Shown piece by piece: positions 47,872-57,695 of a DNA stretch of 64,000 nucleotides (position 1 is its first letter; each line of letters starts with the position of its first letter). Position numbers and translations under genes: made by a program. Below the pieces are notes generated by a model. It was not told the origin of the DNA, did not search any database, and worked only from the letters and a program-made list of their open reading frames with translations. Source of the DNA: Ignavibacteriales bacterium (GTDB lineage: Bacteria > Bacteroidota > Ignavibacteria > UBA10030 > UBA6906); the NCBI GenBank assembly GCA_037441705.1, contig JBBIRR010000001.1:128001-192000 (forward strand), read 5' to 3'.

Positions 47872-49353
47872 TCAAGGACTTGGCAGCGGGAGACGTCCGG
47901 AAACTGCCACAAGAGCATACAAAAAGCAGATGATAATGCCTGTTGGCAACATCACCCAGGCCCAATGGTGCCGGTGTTTGAAGCCCACGATTCCCTTCAT
48001 GCTCAGAGGCAAAAGCAATGGAATCACATCAATAGCATAGAGCATTCGTGCGGCAACCGCCATGTGGATGAGCGTAAAAGTCCCAACAGCCACAACAATC
48101 GGCCACGCGCGCGTCGGTAGGGCACGCGCACCACCGAGAAGGGCAAAGGCAAGAAACAGCCCGTGCTCCAGCATTAGAAAATAGTCGGAGAAGCTGGCTG
48201 CTTGACCGTAGGCCTCAGGAACTTTCCAGTTGAACCACAGCGGCAGGGCACGGTAGAAGGAAAGGAGAACGTACTCTCCGGGATGCGAGAGGATAATGCG
48301 CGCAGATTCCTTCTGCAACAGGCGGTCGAATTCTGCTTCGTTTTCGCGCCCCGTGAGTTCTGGATGTTTTGACACAAAGGCCAACAGCGCACGCTCGGTC
48401 CCCGGGCCCGCCACAAACGGTACGAACTTGCCCTCTTCCAAGAAATGGTTCTGACGATAGAGATTATACCCAAACAACGTTGTCCCAATAACCGGACGGC
48501 CGAACGCGAGATAGTTCCTCGCAATCCAAGGCAGTTGGACGGCAGAGAAGACAAGCAGGAATAAACCAACGGCACGGGCGTTCATCGCTGCACGTTGGTT
48601 GTTCAACGCCGGTTTCTTCCATGCAATCACAGCCAACCCCGTCAGCCCCAGAGCCACAGCCATGAATGCAGAGCGAGACAACACCGCCAGGCCCAGCATC
48701 AGGCCCGAGGCTGCCCACCAGCCGGTGCCGCCATCAGACCAAGCACGCGCGAAGAAGGCAAGCGACCATACGGCACACGCAGCAGCGATAAGGTCAACCT
48801 CCTTGGCGGAGACTTCTCGAATTGCCGGAAGGTACACAACCCAGAACAACGCGGAGATCATCGCAAGCCGGTTGTCCTCAAGCCTCCGTGCAAGAGCGAC
48901 GATGCCAAAGAGGGTTATGATCCGGATAGCGATGTGGAACGCGCCGAGCGCAAAGTACGAACCGCCTGCAAGCAGACCGATCCCGGCAAAGAGCAAGACG
49001 GGCACAGGCTCTCGTGCCGCGCTCACCTTATTGCTCGGACTGCTGAACGGGAAATACGATGGCGCAATGAAACTGTATCCTTCGCCCTTCCGCAGTGACT
49101 CGGCAATATCCCACGACATTCCGGTAAACGATATTGCTGAATGCCGTGAATGCCAAACATGATAACCATCGATCGCCACAATCATCAACGCCAGGGCGAG
49201 GAGGATGGTTATGGAAGAGCGATCGCCCCGAAGCAGGAATTGCTCCTTCACCATCCTCACAACACCTTCTATCCGTTTTCCAAGGTTCTGACTCATAAGA
49301 GAAAGAAGTTGAGCTTTTTGTGTGTCAGACGTGTGACGCCCACGAGTTGCCAT
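47872..49353 (-). CDS. Polytopic GT-C (ArnT/PMT-like) glycosyltransferase
   Basis: About 10 TM; IAESL..G.G...SAAREP.P; G...GLAVLSR; PWIARNY..FG. The true start may lie downstream. Confidence 0.75.
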   Translation of the reverse strand: MATRGRHTSDTQKAQLLSLMSQNLGKRIEGVVRMVKEQFLLRGDRSSITILLALALMIVAIDGYHVWHSRHSAISFTGMSWDIAESLRKGEGYSFIAPSYFPFSSPSNKVSAAREPVPVLLFAGIGLLAGGSYFALGAFHIAIRIITLFGIVALARRLEDNRLAMISALFWVVYLPAIREVSAKEVDLIAAACAVWSLAFFARAWSDGGTGWWAASGLMLGLAVLSRSAFMAVALGLTGLAVIAWKKPALNNQRAAMNARAVGLFLLVFSAVQLPWIARNYLAFGRPVIGTTLFGYNLYRQNHFLEEGKFVPFVAGPGTERALLAFVSKHPELTGRENEAEFDRLLQKESARIILSHPGEYVLLSFYRALPLWFNWKVPEAYGQAASFSDYFLMLEHGLFLAFALLGGARALPTRAWPIVVAVGTFTLIHMAVAARMLYAIDVIPLLLPLSMKGIVGFKHRHHWAWVMLPTGIIICFLYALVAVSGRLPLPSP

Positions 49354-49365
49354 CGCCGTCGTCGT

Positions 49366-50190
49366 TCAGATGACATCGGCAAATGTTCGCTCCGTTCGGC
49401 GGAAGTACCACATGCCCGAAAGCATCAACAGAGCGACAATCGAAATCGAAAGCACGAGCCCCGGCAGAAACAACTGCTGCGCTCCACCCAGGAGCGACCA
49501 GCGGATGCCGTCAATCCCCGCTGCCATTGGATTGACGTAGTACAGCAATCGCCATTGTTCCGGGATGACGCTGCTGGTGAACCCCACAGGCGAGACGTAC
49601 ACGCCAAGCTGAATGACAAATGGAATGATGTGCTGAAAATCCCGATACTTCACATTCAGCGCAGCGAACCACAGGCCCAGGCCGAGCGACGCGCCGAGTG
49701 TGAAAAGCAGAAACAGCGGAAACAGCACCACGCGGCCATCGGGAACGACGCCGTACCATCCCATCAGTCCCGCCAGCATCAGTGCGGAAATGCCGAAGTC
49801 AACCAGACTTGTGATGATGGCACTGAGCGGTATGATGAGACGCGGGAAATACACTTTCGAGATCATTCCTGCGTTCTTGGTCATGCTGTAGCTGCATTCG
49901 GACAGCCCGTTGGCAAAAAGTTGCCATGGAAGAATGCCGGCGAAAACCAGGAGAGGATACGGGACTCCTTCGGAAGGAAGCCCGGCGATTCTGCCGAAGA
50001 TGATCGTAAAGATGACCATTGTGAGCGCCGGACGCACAAACGCCCATGCAACGCCGATCACCGTCTGCTTGTAGCGGACGAGAATGTCGCGCCAGGCGAG
50101 AAAGAGGAACAGTTCGCGGTAGCGCCAGATATCGCGCCAGTACTGTGCTTCCGTCCTTCCTGCTTCGATGATGACTTCGGGTGTCTCCAC
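49366..50190 (-). CDS. wzm: Polysaccharide ABC transporter permease
   Basis: YRELFLFLAWRDILVRYKQT.IGVAW; KVYFPR; NPMA; ERTFADVI. Confidence 0.95.
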   Translation of the reverse strand: METPEVIIEAGRTEAQYWRDIWRYRELFLFLAWRDILVRYKQTVIGVAWAFVRPALTMVIFTIIFGRIAGLPSEGVPYPLLVFAGILPWQLFANGLSECSYSMTKNAGMISKVYFPRLIIPLSAIITSLVDFGISALMLAGLMGWYGVVPDGRVVLFPLFLLFTLGASLGLGLWFAALNVKYRDFQHIIPFVIQLGVYVSPVGFTSSVIPEQWRLLYYVNPMAAGIDGIRWSLLGGAQQLFLPGLVLSISIVALLMLSGMWYFRRTERTFADVI

Positions 50191-50227
50191 GGCGCCTGAA
50201 AAGTTTTGATAAGGTTCTGATTCTGAT

Positions 50228-51334
50228 TCACAGGGATCCGCTTCGAAGACGCGCCATCCGACCGTGATGAATTCTGTCGTACAACCGGCGCGGGCGTGCG
50301 TTTTCTCCTGTCGGAGGTTCCTGCTGAGCTGTGTGCGGCTGCGCGGCAGGTTCGGAATTCCCTTCTTTCTTTGTCAGAGCACCACGCAACGAACGCCACC
50401 CGCGGTCGTCCTGCAACAATCGTGATGTCACCGGATGGGTAATGAACCGAATCAGTGCCTTCAGCAGCGTGAGATGGAACTCGGAGGACACAATCCGCAA
50501 CAGGTCGGCGGCAAAGCTCCTCCACAGATACACAAGCGTCACTCCGTACTGACTCTGCCGGTTACTCTTGCCCGTAAGATATAAATAGAAGTAACTCTTG
50601 GAATATCGTGTGATAGATGCCGGCACCCGGGGATTGCGATGACGAAGTTCCGTCGTAAAAGCCGCAAAGGCCCGCTCCATCCGCCGGTGGTTTGCCGAGA
50701 GGCTGGTCAACACTTCGCGGTAGCCGACGAGAATCTTCGGCACAAGCCGATACTGAAAGCGTTCGGCAATCCGAAGGTACATATCCCACTCCTCGCACGG
50801 TGTCGTGGCGCCGTTGTACAGGCCCACAGCATCGAAGCAAGACCGACGGATCAACGCGCAGCTTCCGTTGCCGAGAAAGTTGGAGAACATGAGGTCGGCG
50901 ACCACATTACCCTCATATCTGTGCGTGATGGGAACAATGGGCCGATCATCTTCATCAATAATCATGGACCAGCAATAGATGAGGCCCACGCTGTCCTCGC
51001 AGTCCTGCATTACCCTCACCTGCTCGCTCAGTTTTTCCGGATACCACACGTCGTCCGAATCGAGCGGGGCAATAAGGTCGCCCTTCGATTGCTGAATGCC
51101 GAGGTTGCGTGCCGTGGCGACGCCGCCGTTGTCTTTCCGCAGCAGAACGACGCGCCCATCCTGCTGGCAGAATGACTCAACGATCTGCGGCGTCTCATCG
51201 GTCGAGCCGTCATCCACCACGATGATTTCCATGTTGGGATACGTCTGCCCCACCGCCGAACGCAGCGTGCGCTCGATGAAGCGTGCCGCGTTGTACGAAG
51301 GAATGACAACAGAAACCAAGGGATGTGTGGGCAC
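50228..51334 (-). CDS. Glycosyltransferase family 2
   Basis: VSVVIPSYN; VDDGSTD; ARNLG; LDSDDVW..KL. Confidence 0.93.
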   Translation of the reverse strand: MPTHPLVSVVIPSYNAARFIERTLRSAVGQTYPNMEIIVVDDGSTDETPQIVESFCQQDGRVVLLRKDNGGVATARNLGIQQSKGDLIAPLDSDDVWYPEKLSEQVRVMQDCEDSVGLIYCWSMIIDEDDRPIVPITHRYEGNVVADLMFSNFLGNGSCALIRRSCFDAVGLYNGATTPCEEWDMYLRIAERFQYRLVPKILVGYREVLTSLSANHRRMERAFAAFTTELRHRNPRVPASITRYSKSYFYLYLTGKSNRQSQYGVTLVYLWRSFAADLLRIVSSEFHLTLLKALIRFITHPVTSRLLQDDRGWRSLRGALTKKEGNSEPAAQPHTAQQEPPTGENARPRRLYDRIHHGRMARLRSGSL

Positions 51335-51433
51335 GGGTCTTCAGGGATCAAAGAGTTTGGTTCTACCGAAGCAACGTGAGAGAATTCCGGCTGCCATCGC
51401 ATGTTGCCGTCACAGGCGAGGGCACCGCCATCC

Positions 51434-54109
51434 TCATCGAACGAGAACAAGCTTACGTGTGGCAACGAAACTGCCTGCTCGGAGACGATAGTAGTATACA
51501 CCGCTGGCAAGCCCGTCACCATGAAAAACCACTTGATGATACCCGGCTTCCTGATGCTGCGCCACGAGGCGTGCCACCTCACGGCCGAGGCCATCATAGA
51601 CAACCAGCGAAACGACGCTTGCGCGCGGCAGACCGAACCGAATGAGCGTTGTCGGGTTTGCCGGATTGGGATAGTTTTGCAGCAGTTCGAATGCCTTCGG
51701 TGTTTCTGCAGCCTCGGCCACGTCAGTCAGATGAACACGAAAGTTCCGCACCTCACCGAACTGGCCCCATCCTGCTTCGTTCCTCGCTCGCACCCTCCAC
51801 CAATAACTTCTCGAGTTGGCAAGTTGCCGCGCAGTCGTTGTCGTATCAACCAGCAAGGAGTCGACAAGCGGCGAAGAGAAGAGCGAGTCTGTGGCCAGTT
51901 CAAGCCAGTAGCGCACAACGTCCGGCCGACTTTGACGCCAGATGAGACGGACCGTGTCCGTACCGATCAGCGCATTGGGCGCAGGCGAAACCAGCGCCAC
52001 CGGCTCGGGCAGCTGAACGAGCGTCCGGAAACTCCAGCGATCCGACCACGGACTTGTCCCACCGGCGTTCGTTGCATTAACCCTCCAGTAGTACCACTGG
52101 CCGCGCTGCAATCCTGCAACCGTGCGAGCTGTGTCGCTCAACGTGGAGTCATCGACCTCGAGCGCCGTGAACAGCGAATCGGCCGCCACCTGAAGGCGAT
52201 ACCGATCAGCCTCCGCGCTTCGATGCCAGACGACAGGAAGCGTCGTCGGGTGACCGACAGAGAGATTGGCCGGTGAAAGCAATTGCGGCGCAAGGGGCGC
52301 TGCAAGGACGGTCATGAAATTCCACCACGGACTGAATTCTCCCCACCCCATATCGTTCCTCGCACGTGCGCGCCAGTAGTAGCGCGTGTTGTTCGCCAGT
52401 TGGCTCACAGTCGTGGTCGTGTCGGTGAGAGATGTATCTCGCACGGCAGGCTGCGCGCTCGTGTCGGTTGAAAGCTCAAACCAGTATCCGCTTACGTTCA
52501 TTGGTCCATCACTCTCCCACCATAGTTTTTTTGTTGGTGAAATGACGGACGTTTGGTCCGCGCCGCGATGCCACATGAACGTCACGCTCGTCGGCTGGTT
52601 CAGAGCATTGTTGGGAGGGCTGAGCAAAGCAACCTGCATCGGAACGCCAAGCGTCTTGAAGCTCCGCCATGGAGAAAACGCGCTGGTGCCCGCGCCGTTC
52701 CTCGCATTCACCTTCCAATAGTACCACGTCAACGGCTGAAGATTCTCCAGTTGATAGGTCGTGTCGGTGATCAGCGAATCATTGACAACGAGTTGGATGA
52801 ACGACGTGTCGAGTGCAACCAGCACGCCATAGCTCGAGGCGGTGGACGACGTGCGCCAGAGAAGTGCTGTTGACGGTGGGTGACCGACGGACCCATTCAG
52901 CGGCGACACAAGCTCCGGGGCACTCGGCGGCAGAATCGGAACGCTGTCCAGCGGATTGAAGAAGTTCCCCGTCTGCAGGAACAGGGTGAGCGTTCTGAGG
53001 CTCCAGTTGTAGTAGTTGCCGTTCACAAAGGGCGGGACGGTTGCGACGTTATCGTCGTAGGCCGAATCGCAAAATGCCTGATACGCCGGAGTGGTCCCCA
53101 TCGAGCCGGCGGCAAACGGCCCGACGAACACGTTGATGTGCTGCTGCCCGATGGGAGTGCCGTCAAGGTAGTATCCCTCGCGGATATTGACTGAACCAAT
53201 CCCGCGTGCGAAGTCGGATATTTTTTGCAGGAACACTCTCGCCCGGTTGTCGCCAAACCACACGTAGTCAACGGCAATGCGCCAGGGCGTGCGGGTCGCG
53301 TCGTAGTAATAATAGTAGGCGAACCCGGGTGCCGGCTGCCCGCTCGCCTGACACCAGTCGGGCACGAGACCGGTGTTGACATGCGCGGCGCGCTGGAGAA
53401 TCTCATAACACTTCGTCACAACGCTATCCCATCCCGGATTGCCCGTGACGGCACGAAAGGCTCGATAGTACGCAGGAGCAAAGTAGGATGGATTGAGAAC
53501 GTGCGACCCGCCCCAGTAATCGCCGGGCTTCAGCACGTACGTGTTGGGTTCAACTTCGTACTGGTAGATGCGATTGATTTGGGTGATTGCATGCTGAAGA
53601 TAATTGATCGCGCCGGTACTGCCCCACTGCTTATGTGCCAGCAGCAAAGCAAAGGCAGCATCTTCATCGGCGTCGGTTGCTCCGCCATCACCCAGAATCT
53701 GACCGCAATTACTGCCGATCCACCAGTGCATCATGCCGCGCGGGTCCATGTGCGCCATGTAGTAACGCCACAGATCATCGAACAACGCGCGATCGTTGTA
53801 GTTCACCGACAGCAGCATGCCGTAGGCAATCCCCTCCGAGTACGTCGAACTCATATCATTGAAGAGCACGCGGCGGTACCCGCATGCCCCGCTGGTGGTC
53901 ACATAGTTGTTTTTCCAGGCAAGGTACGACGATTCGGCAGGAACATGGCTTCGCGCGGTGGGCATGATGCCGTACGGGTACGTGGTGTTCTGGGGAAAGG
54001 GGTATCGCGCCTGCGCGTGTGCCGGCTCTACAGCGATGAAGCAGAGAAGCACAGCCTTGCATGCCGCAAGCAGTATTACGTCCGACGCGCGCGTAGGTTC
54101 ACCTCTCAT
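51434..54109 (-). CDS. Glycoside hydrolase family 8 with four FN3-like repeats and a T9SS-type CTD
   Basis: Signal peptide; YSEGIAYGML; ATDADED; YDATRTPWR; four 'L.SP.N...YYW.V.A.N..G...S....F' repeats; LLQNYPNPANP. Confidence 0.92.
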   Translation of the reverse strand: MRGEPTRASDVILLAACKAVLLCFIAVEPAHAQARYPFPQNTTYPYGIMPTARSHVPAESSYLAWKNNYVTTSGACGYRRVLFNDMSSTYSEGIAYGMLLSVNYNDRALFDDLWRYYMAHMDPRGMMHWWIGSNCGQILGDGGATDADEDAAFALLLAHKQWGSTGAINYLQHAITQINRIYQYEVEPNTYVLKPGDYWGGSHVLNPSYFAPAYYRAFRAVTGNPGWDSVVTKCYEILQRAAHVNTGLVPDWCQASGQPAPGFAYYYYYDATRTPWRIAVDYVWFGDNRARVFLQKISDFARGIGSVNIREGYYLDGTPIGQQHINVFVGPFAAGSMGTTPAYQAFCDSAYDDNVATVPPFVNGNYYNWSLRTLTLFLQTGNFFNPLDSVPILPPSAPELVSPLNGSVGHPPSTALLWRTSSTASSYGVLVALDTSFIQLVVNDSLITDTTYQLENLQPLTWYYWKVNARNGAGTSAFSPWRSFKTLGVPMQVALLSPPNNALNQPTSVTFMWHRGADQTSVISPTKKLWWESDGPMNVSGYWFELSTDTSAQPAVRDTSLTDTTTTVSQLANNTRYYWRARARNDMGWGEFSPWWNFMTVLAAPLAPQLLSPANLSVGHPTTLPVVWHRSAEADRYRLQVAADSLFTALEVDDSTLSDTARTVAGLQRGQWYYWRVNATNAGGTSPWSDRWSFRTLVQLPEPVALVSPAPNALIGTDTVRLIWRQSRPDVVRYWLELATDSLFSSPLVDSLLVDTTTTARQLANSRSYWWRVRARNEAGWGQFGEVRNFRVHLTDVAEAAETPKAFELLQNYPNPANPTTLIRFGLPRASVVSLVVYDGLGREVARLVAQHQEAGYHQVVFHGDGLASGVYYYRLRAGSFVATRKLVLVR

Positions 54110-54253
54110 TCGTGATTGTGTACAATGCCGGCGAGTGTGGGAAAATCATCGGCTGCAACCGGCACAGGACCCCTCAATGCAGTGACCGTCTCGGAGGGAA
54201 TATACGTGAGTCCATCACCGTAGTCAAGTTTCTGCGCTGCGAACGCTCGGCCC

Positions 54254-55432
54254 TTACGGGCGTGGATTTCGTGGCCTAAATTCAGCGACGCGCTTGCGAG
54301 AAAAGCCGAAGGAATTCTTGATGATGGCCACGATTCGCTGTGCCGCTTTCCCATCGCCGTAGGGGTTGACAGCGTTTGCCATCCTGCGGTACTCACGCTG
54401 ATCGTTCAGCAGTACAGTTGCTGCGCGGAAAATTCGCTCTTCGTTCAGCCCTACCAGACGTGCCGTACCGAATTGAATGGCCTCAGGACGCTCTGTCACC
54501 TCTCTCAGCACCAGCACCGGCTTTCCCAGCGCCGGCGCCTCTTCCTGTATCCCGCCTGAATCGGTGATGATCAGATGAGCCTTCGCCATGAGATGGATGA
54601 ATTCCAGATAGCCCAACGGCTCCAGAAGGCAGACGTTGGAGAGGCCGCCGAGAATCGGAACAACAACCTCGCGCACGACCGGATTGAGATGAACCGGAAA
54701 GACGAAGAGGTCCTCCGGATGACGCGACGCGAGCTTTTTCACTGCACGGCATGCGCCGCGCATCGGTTCCCCCCAATTCTCACGCCGGTGCATGGTCAAG
54801 AGAACAATCCGACGCGGCAATTGCATGATACGTGCAACGGTCCGTGCATGCGGCTTGAAGGGCCGTTGAAGCGCAATCCGTAGCGCGTCGATGACAGTAT
54901 TGCCGGTGACAAAAATCCGCTCGGGTGGATAATGCTCGGCGAGCAGTGCGTCCTTTGCCGCTTGCGTCGGGGCGAAGTGCAGGTCGGTCACCGAACTTGT
55001 AAGCCTGCGGTTGATTTCTTCCGGAAACGGATGCGCCTTGTCGTTCGTTCGTAAGCCGGCCTCAACATGTCCAACGGGAATGCGGCGATAGAAGGCCGCC
55101 AGGCTTCCCACGAACGTCGTGGTCGTATCCCCCTGGACGAGAACCATGTCCGGCTGTTCCTTTTCCAGAACGGCATCCAGGGCCGACATCGTTCTGCTGG
55201 TGAGCGTCGCAAGAGATTGCCGCGGCTGCATCAGGTTCAAATCGTGTTCGGGCCTGATGGCAAATACGTCCAACACCTGATCAAGCATGTGGCGGTGCTG
55301 CGCGGTCGCAATCGTTACCACACGAAACAACCGCGCTTGGTTCCTGAGGGCGAGAATGACGGGAGCTAATTTGATGGTATCCGGGCGCGTGCCGAAAATG
55401 ACTGCAATGCGTTTGCGCTGTTTCCGTTTCAT
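54254..55432 (-). CDS. wecB: UDP-N-acetylglucosamine 2-epimerase (non-hydrolysing)
   Basis: FGTRPD.IK; QH; VQGDT; HVEAGLR; PFPEE.NR; TDSGGIQEEAP; NPYGDG. Start at MKRKQR. Confidence 0.95.
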   Translation of the reverse strand: MKRKQRKRIAVIFGTRPDTIKLAPVILALRNQARLFRVVTIATAQHRHMLDQVLDVFAIRPEHDLNLMQPRQSLATLTSRTMSALDAVLEKEQPDMVLVQGDTTTTFVGSLAAFYRRIPVGHVEAGLRTNDKAHPFPEEINRRLTSSVTDLHFAPTQAAKDALLAEHYPPERIFVTGNTVIDALRIALQRPFKPHARTVARIMQLPRRIVLLTMHRRENWGEPMRGACRAVKKLASRHPEDLFVFPVHLNPVVREVVVPILGGLSNVCLLEPLGYLEFIHLMAKAHLIITDSGGIQEEAPALGKPVLVLREVTERPEAIQFGTARLVGLNEERIFRAATVLLNDQREYRRMANAVNPYGDGKAAQRIVAIIKNSFGFSRKRVAEFRPRNPRP

Positions 55433-55511
55433 GAGGTTCCGAGAGTATCCAGGCGCGGACACCAAGAAAGTACGTAATTCGGCAACGTCTTCCAACGCTC
55501 TGTGTGCTCTC

Positions 55512-55555
55512 TGGTTGAAATGATGGTTGAAATGATGGGTCAATTTCTCTACATT
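55512..55555 (+). promoter_or_regulatory. 12-bp tandem repeat (TGGTTGAAATGA x2) containing the -35 of a candidate sigma70 promoter
   Basis: TTGAAA(55527)-17 nt-TACATT(55550) in the divergent wecB/kinase gap. Confidence 0.55.
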
Positions 55556-55607
55556 GGCTCGGCGCTCTCCCCTGCCTCGTATTTAATTCGTCGTCCAGGT
55601 ACCGACC

Positions 55608-57695
55608 ATGCGTCACAGGACAACCAAGCCTCCCCTCAAAATTGCACTGACATACGCAATCGTGGCCAGCCTCTACATCATGATCTCCGACAAGCTCGCC
55701 GGCACACTCGCCTCCACGACCGAAGCGCTCACCGGGATCTCCCAAATCAAAGGACTGATGTTTGTCGCCCTCACCAGCCTGATGCTCTACCTGATGGTCC
55801 GGCGACTTACCAACGCCCAGCACCGCGTTCAAGAGGAATTGGTGAAGAGCAACGAACGCCTCGCGCTTATCACCTCAACGACGCCGGTCTTTCTTTTTGA
55901 GATTGATCGAACAGGAACCATCCTTCACGCAACGAAGCCGTTCCAAGGAATACCGACGACGGATATCCTCAGCACGAACTTTTTCTCGTTCCTCCCCGAG
56001 CATCGGCGCGGAGCGCTCGCCGCGGTTATCGAAGCGACGTGCGCCACAGCGACAGCGCAGTCGTTCGAGTACACGACACGGACAGACGGACAGGAGCCGA
56101 GAACCTTTTCTCTGACGATTGCCCCACTTCATCACAGCAACAACTCGCCTCACCTGCTGGTGACCGTCCACGACATCACCGACCAGAAACAGAAAGAGGA
56201 TGCACTCCGACAATCGCATCAACGCTTCGAGTTAGTTTCCCGCGCCTCCAACGACACCATCTGGGATTGGGATATCGTCTCGGGCAAGCTCTGGGTCAGC
56301 GACGCGTTCTTTCAAAAATACGGCTATCCCCGAACCGCATCGCTGACGCTCAGTGATTGGGATTCACACATCCATCCGGAGGATCGCGAGCGCGTGGTGA
56401 AAAGCCGGCTCACCGCGGTGCAGCAGAGAGCAACTTCGTGGGAGGAAGAATTCCGCTTCGTGCATGCGAACGGATCAACCAGTTACGTTGTGGATCGCGG
56501 GTTTCTCGTGTTCGACGATCAGGGCACGCCGGTGCGGATGATCTGCTCCATGGTGGATGTGACAACGTTGAAGCTCGCAGAGCTGGACCAGCGGTACTTA
56601 GCGGAAGAGCGGCAAAAGCTGCTGCATCAATTGCGCCTGCAGTTCGAGCGCATGCCGATCGGGTACGTCCTGGCCGACAGAAACTTCCGCATCGTCGAGT
56701 GGAATCCTTCCTGTGAGAAAATCTTCGGCTACACACGCGCGGAGGTGATCGGGCGGTCACCGTTCGATGTTGTGATCCCCTCCGTGCTCAAGCCCTTCAT
56801 TCATGAGTTCATCGAACGGCTCAAGACGGGAAAAGAGACGCTGACCGCCATCAACGAAAATCTCACGAAAGACGGACGTACGATCCTGTGCGAATGGTTC
56901 GACACGCCGCTGTTTGACGAGTACGGTAACTACACCGGCATGATCGCGATGGTGCAGGATATTACCGAGCGTCGGCATGCAGAGGAGGAGCTGAAGAAAT
57001 CGAACATTCAGTTACGCAACCTTTCGGCCTACTTGCAGACGGTTCGCGAGCAGGAACGTAAACACATCGCGCGCGAGATACACGATGAACTGGGCCAGGA
57101 ACTGACGGCGCTGAAGATGCAGGCAGCACTGATGCAGAAAGCGATCGCCAAGCTGGATGCAGCCGCGCCGAAGTCCGAACTTCTGGACCTCACGCACTCG
57201 CTCACCGTCATGGCCGACACGGCGATCAAGACCGTTCGCCGCATCGCGACAGAGCTGCGCCCCGATGTGCTGGACAAAGTGGGGCTGATCGACGCGCTGA
57301 AATGGCAGGCGCAGGAGTTCGAGAAGCGAACCGGCGTCCAGTGCATCTTTCGCTCGCGCGTGGACGAGTGGGACTTCCCCGACGACGTGGCAACGGCGCT
57401 CTTTCGGATTTTTCAGGAGGCACTCACCAACGTCTCGCGCCACGCTCGCGCAACGCGCGTTGCCGCCGAGCTTTCGCTGCGCGAGGATTGGGTGGACTTC
57501 CGCGTGGAAGATAACGGCCGAGGCATCAGCAAAGAACAGATCGAGAACACGTCGTCGCTCGGACTGATCGGCCTCGTCGAGCGCGCAAAACTCCTGGGCG
57601 GAACCGCCACGATTGTCGGCGTGCCTGGCGCGGGCACCACCATCAACGTGCATATTCCTCTCCCATCATCGAACGCGGAGAACGGACAGTCATGA
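55608..57695 (+). CDS. Sensor histidine kinase: 2 TM, three PAS, HisKA_3, HATPase
   Basis: PAS ends HDIT, VDVT, QDITER; IAREIHDELGQELT; LRP; QEALTNV.RHA; DNGRG. Confidence 0.93.
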   Translation: MRHRTTKPPLKIALTYAIVASLYIMISDKLAGTLASTTEALTGISQIKGLMFVALTSLMLYLMVRRLTNAQHRVQEELVKSNERLALITSTTPVFLFEIDRTGTILHATKPFQGIPTTDILSTNFFSFLPEHRRGALAAVIEATCATATAQSFEYTTRTDGQEPRTFSLTIAPLHHSNNSPHLLVTVHDITDQKQKEDALRQSHQRFELVSRASNDTIWDWDIVSGKLWVSDAFFQKYGYPRTASLTLSDWDSHIHPEDRERVVKSRLTAVQQRATSWEEEFRFVHANGSTSYVVDRGFLVFDDQGTPVRMICSMVDVTTLKLAELDQRYLAEERQKLLHQLRLQFERMPIGYVLADRNFRIVEWNPSCEKIFGYTRAEVIGRSPFDVVIPSVLKPFIHEFIERLKTGKETLTAINENLTKDGRTILCEWFDTPLFDEYGNYTGMIAMVQDITERRHAEEELKKSNIQLRNLSAYLQTVREQERKHIAREIHDELGQELTALKMQAALMQKAIAKLDAAAPKSELLDLTHSLTVMADTAIKTVRRIATELRPDVLDKVGLIDALKWQAQEFEKRTGVQCIFRSRVDEWDFPDDVATALFRIFQEALTNVSRHARATRVAAELSLREDWVDFRVEDNGRGISKEQIENTSSLGLIGLVERAKLLGGTATIVGVPGAGTTINVHIPLPSSNAENGQS

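Noticed and set aside
33052-55432. Glycan locus as a tRNA-integrated genomic island
   Set aside because: The locus lies on the 5' side of the tRNA, and no integrase or duplicated tRNA end was seen.
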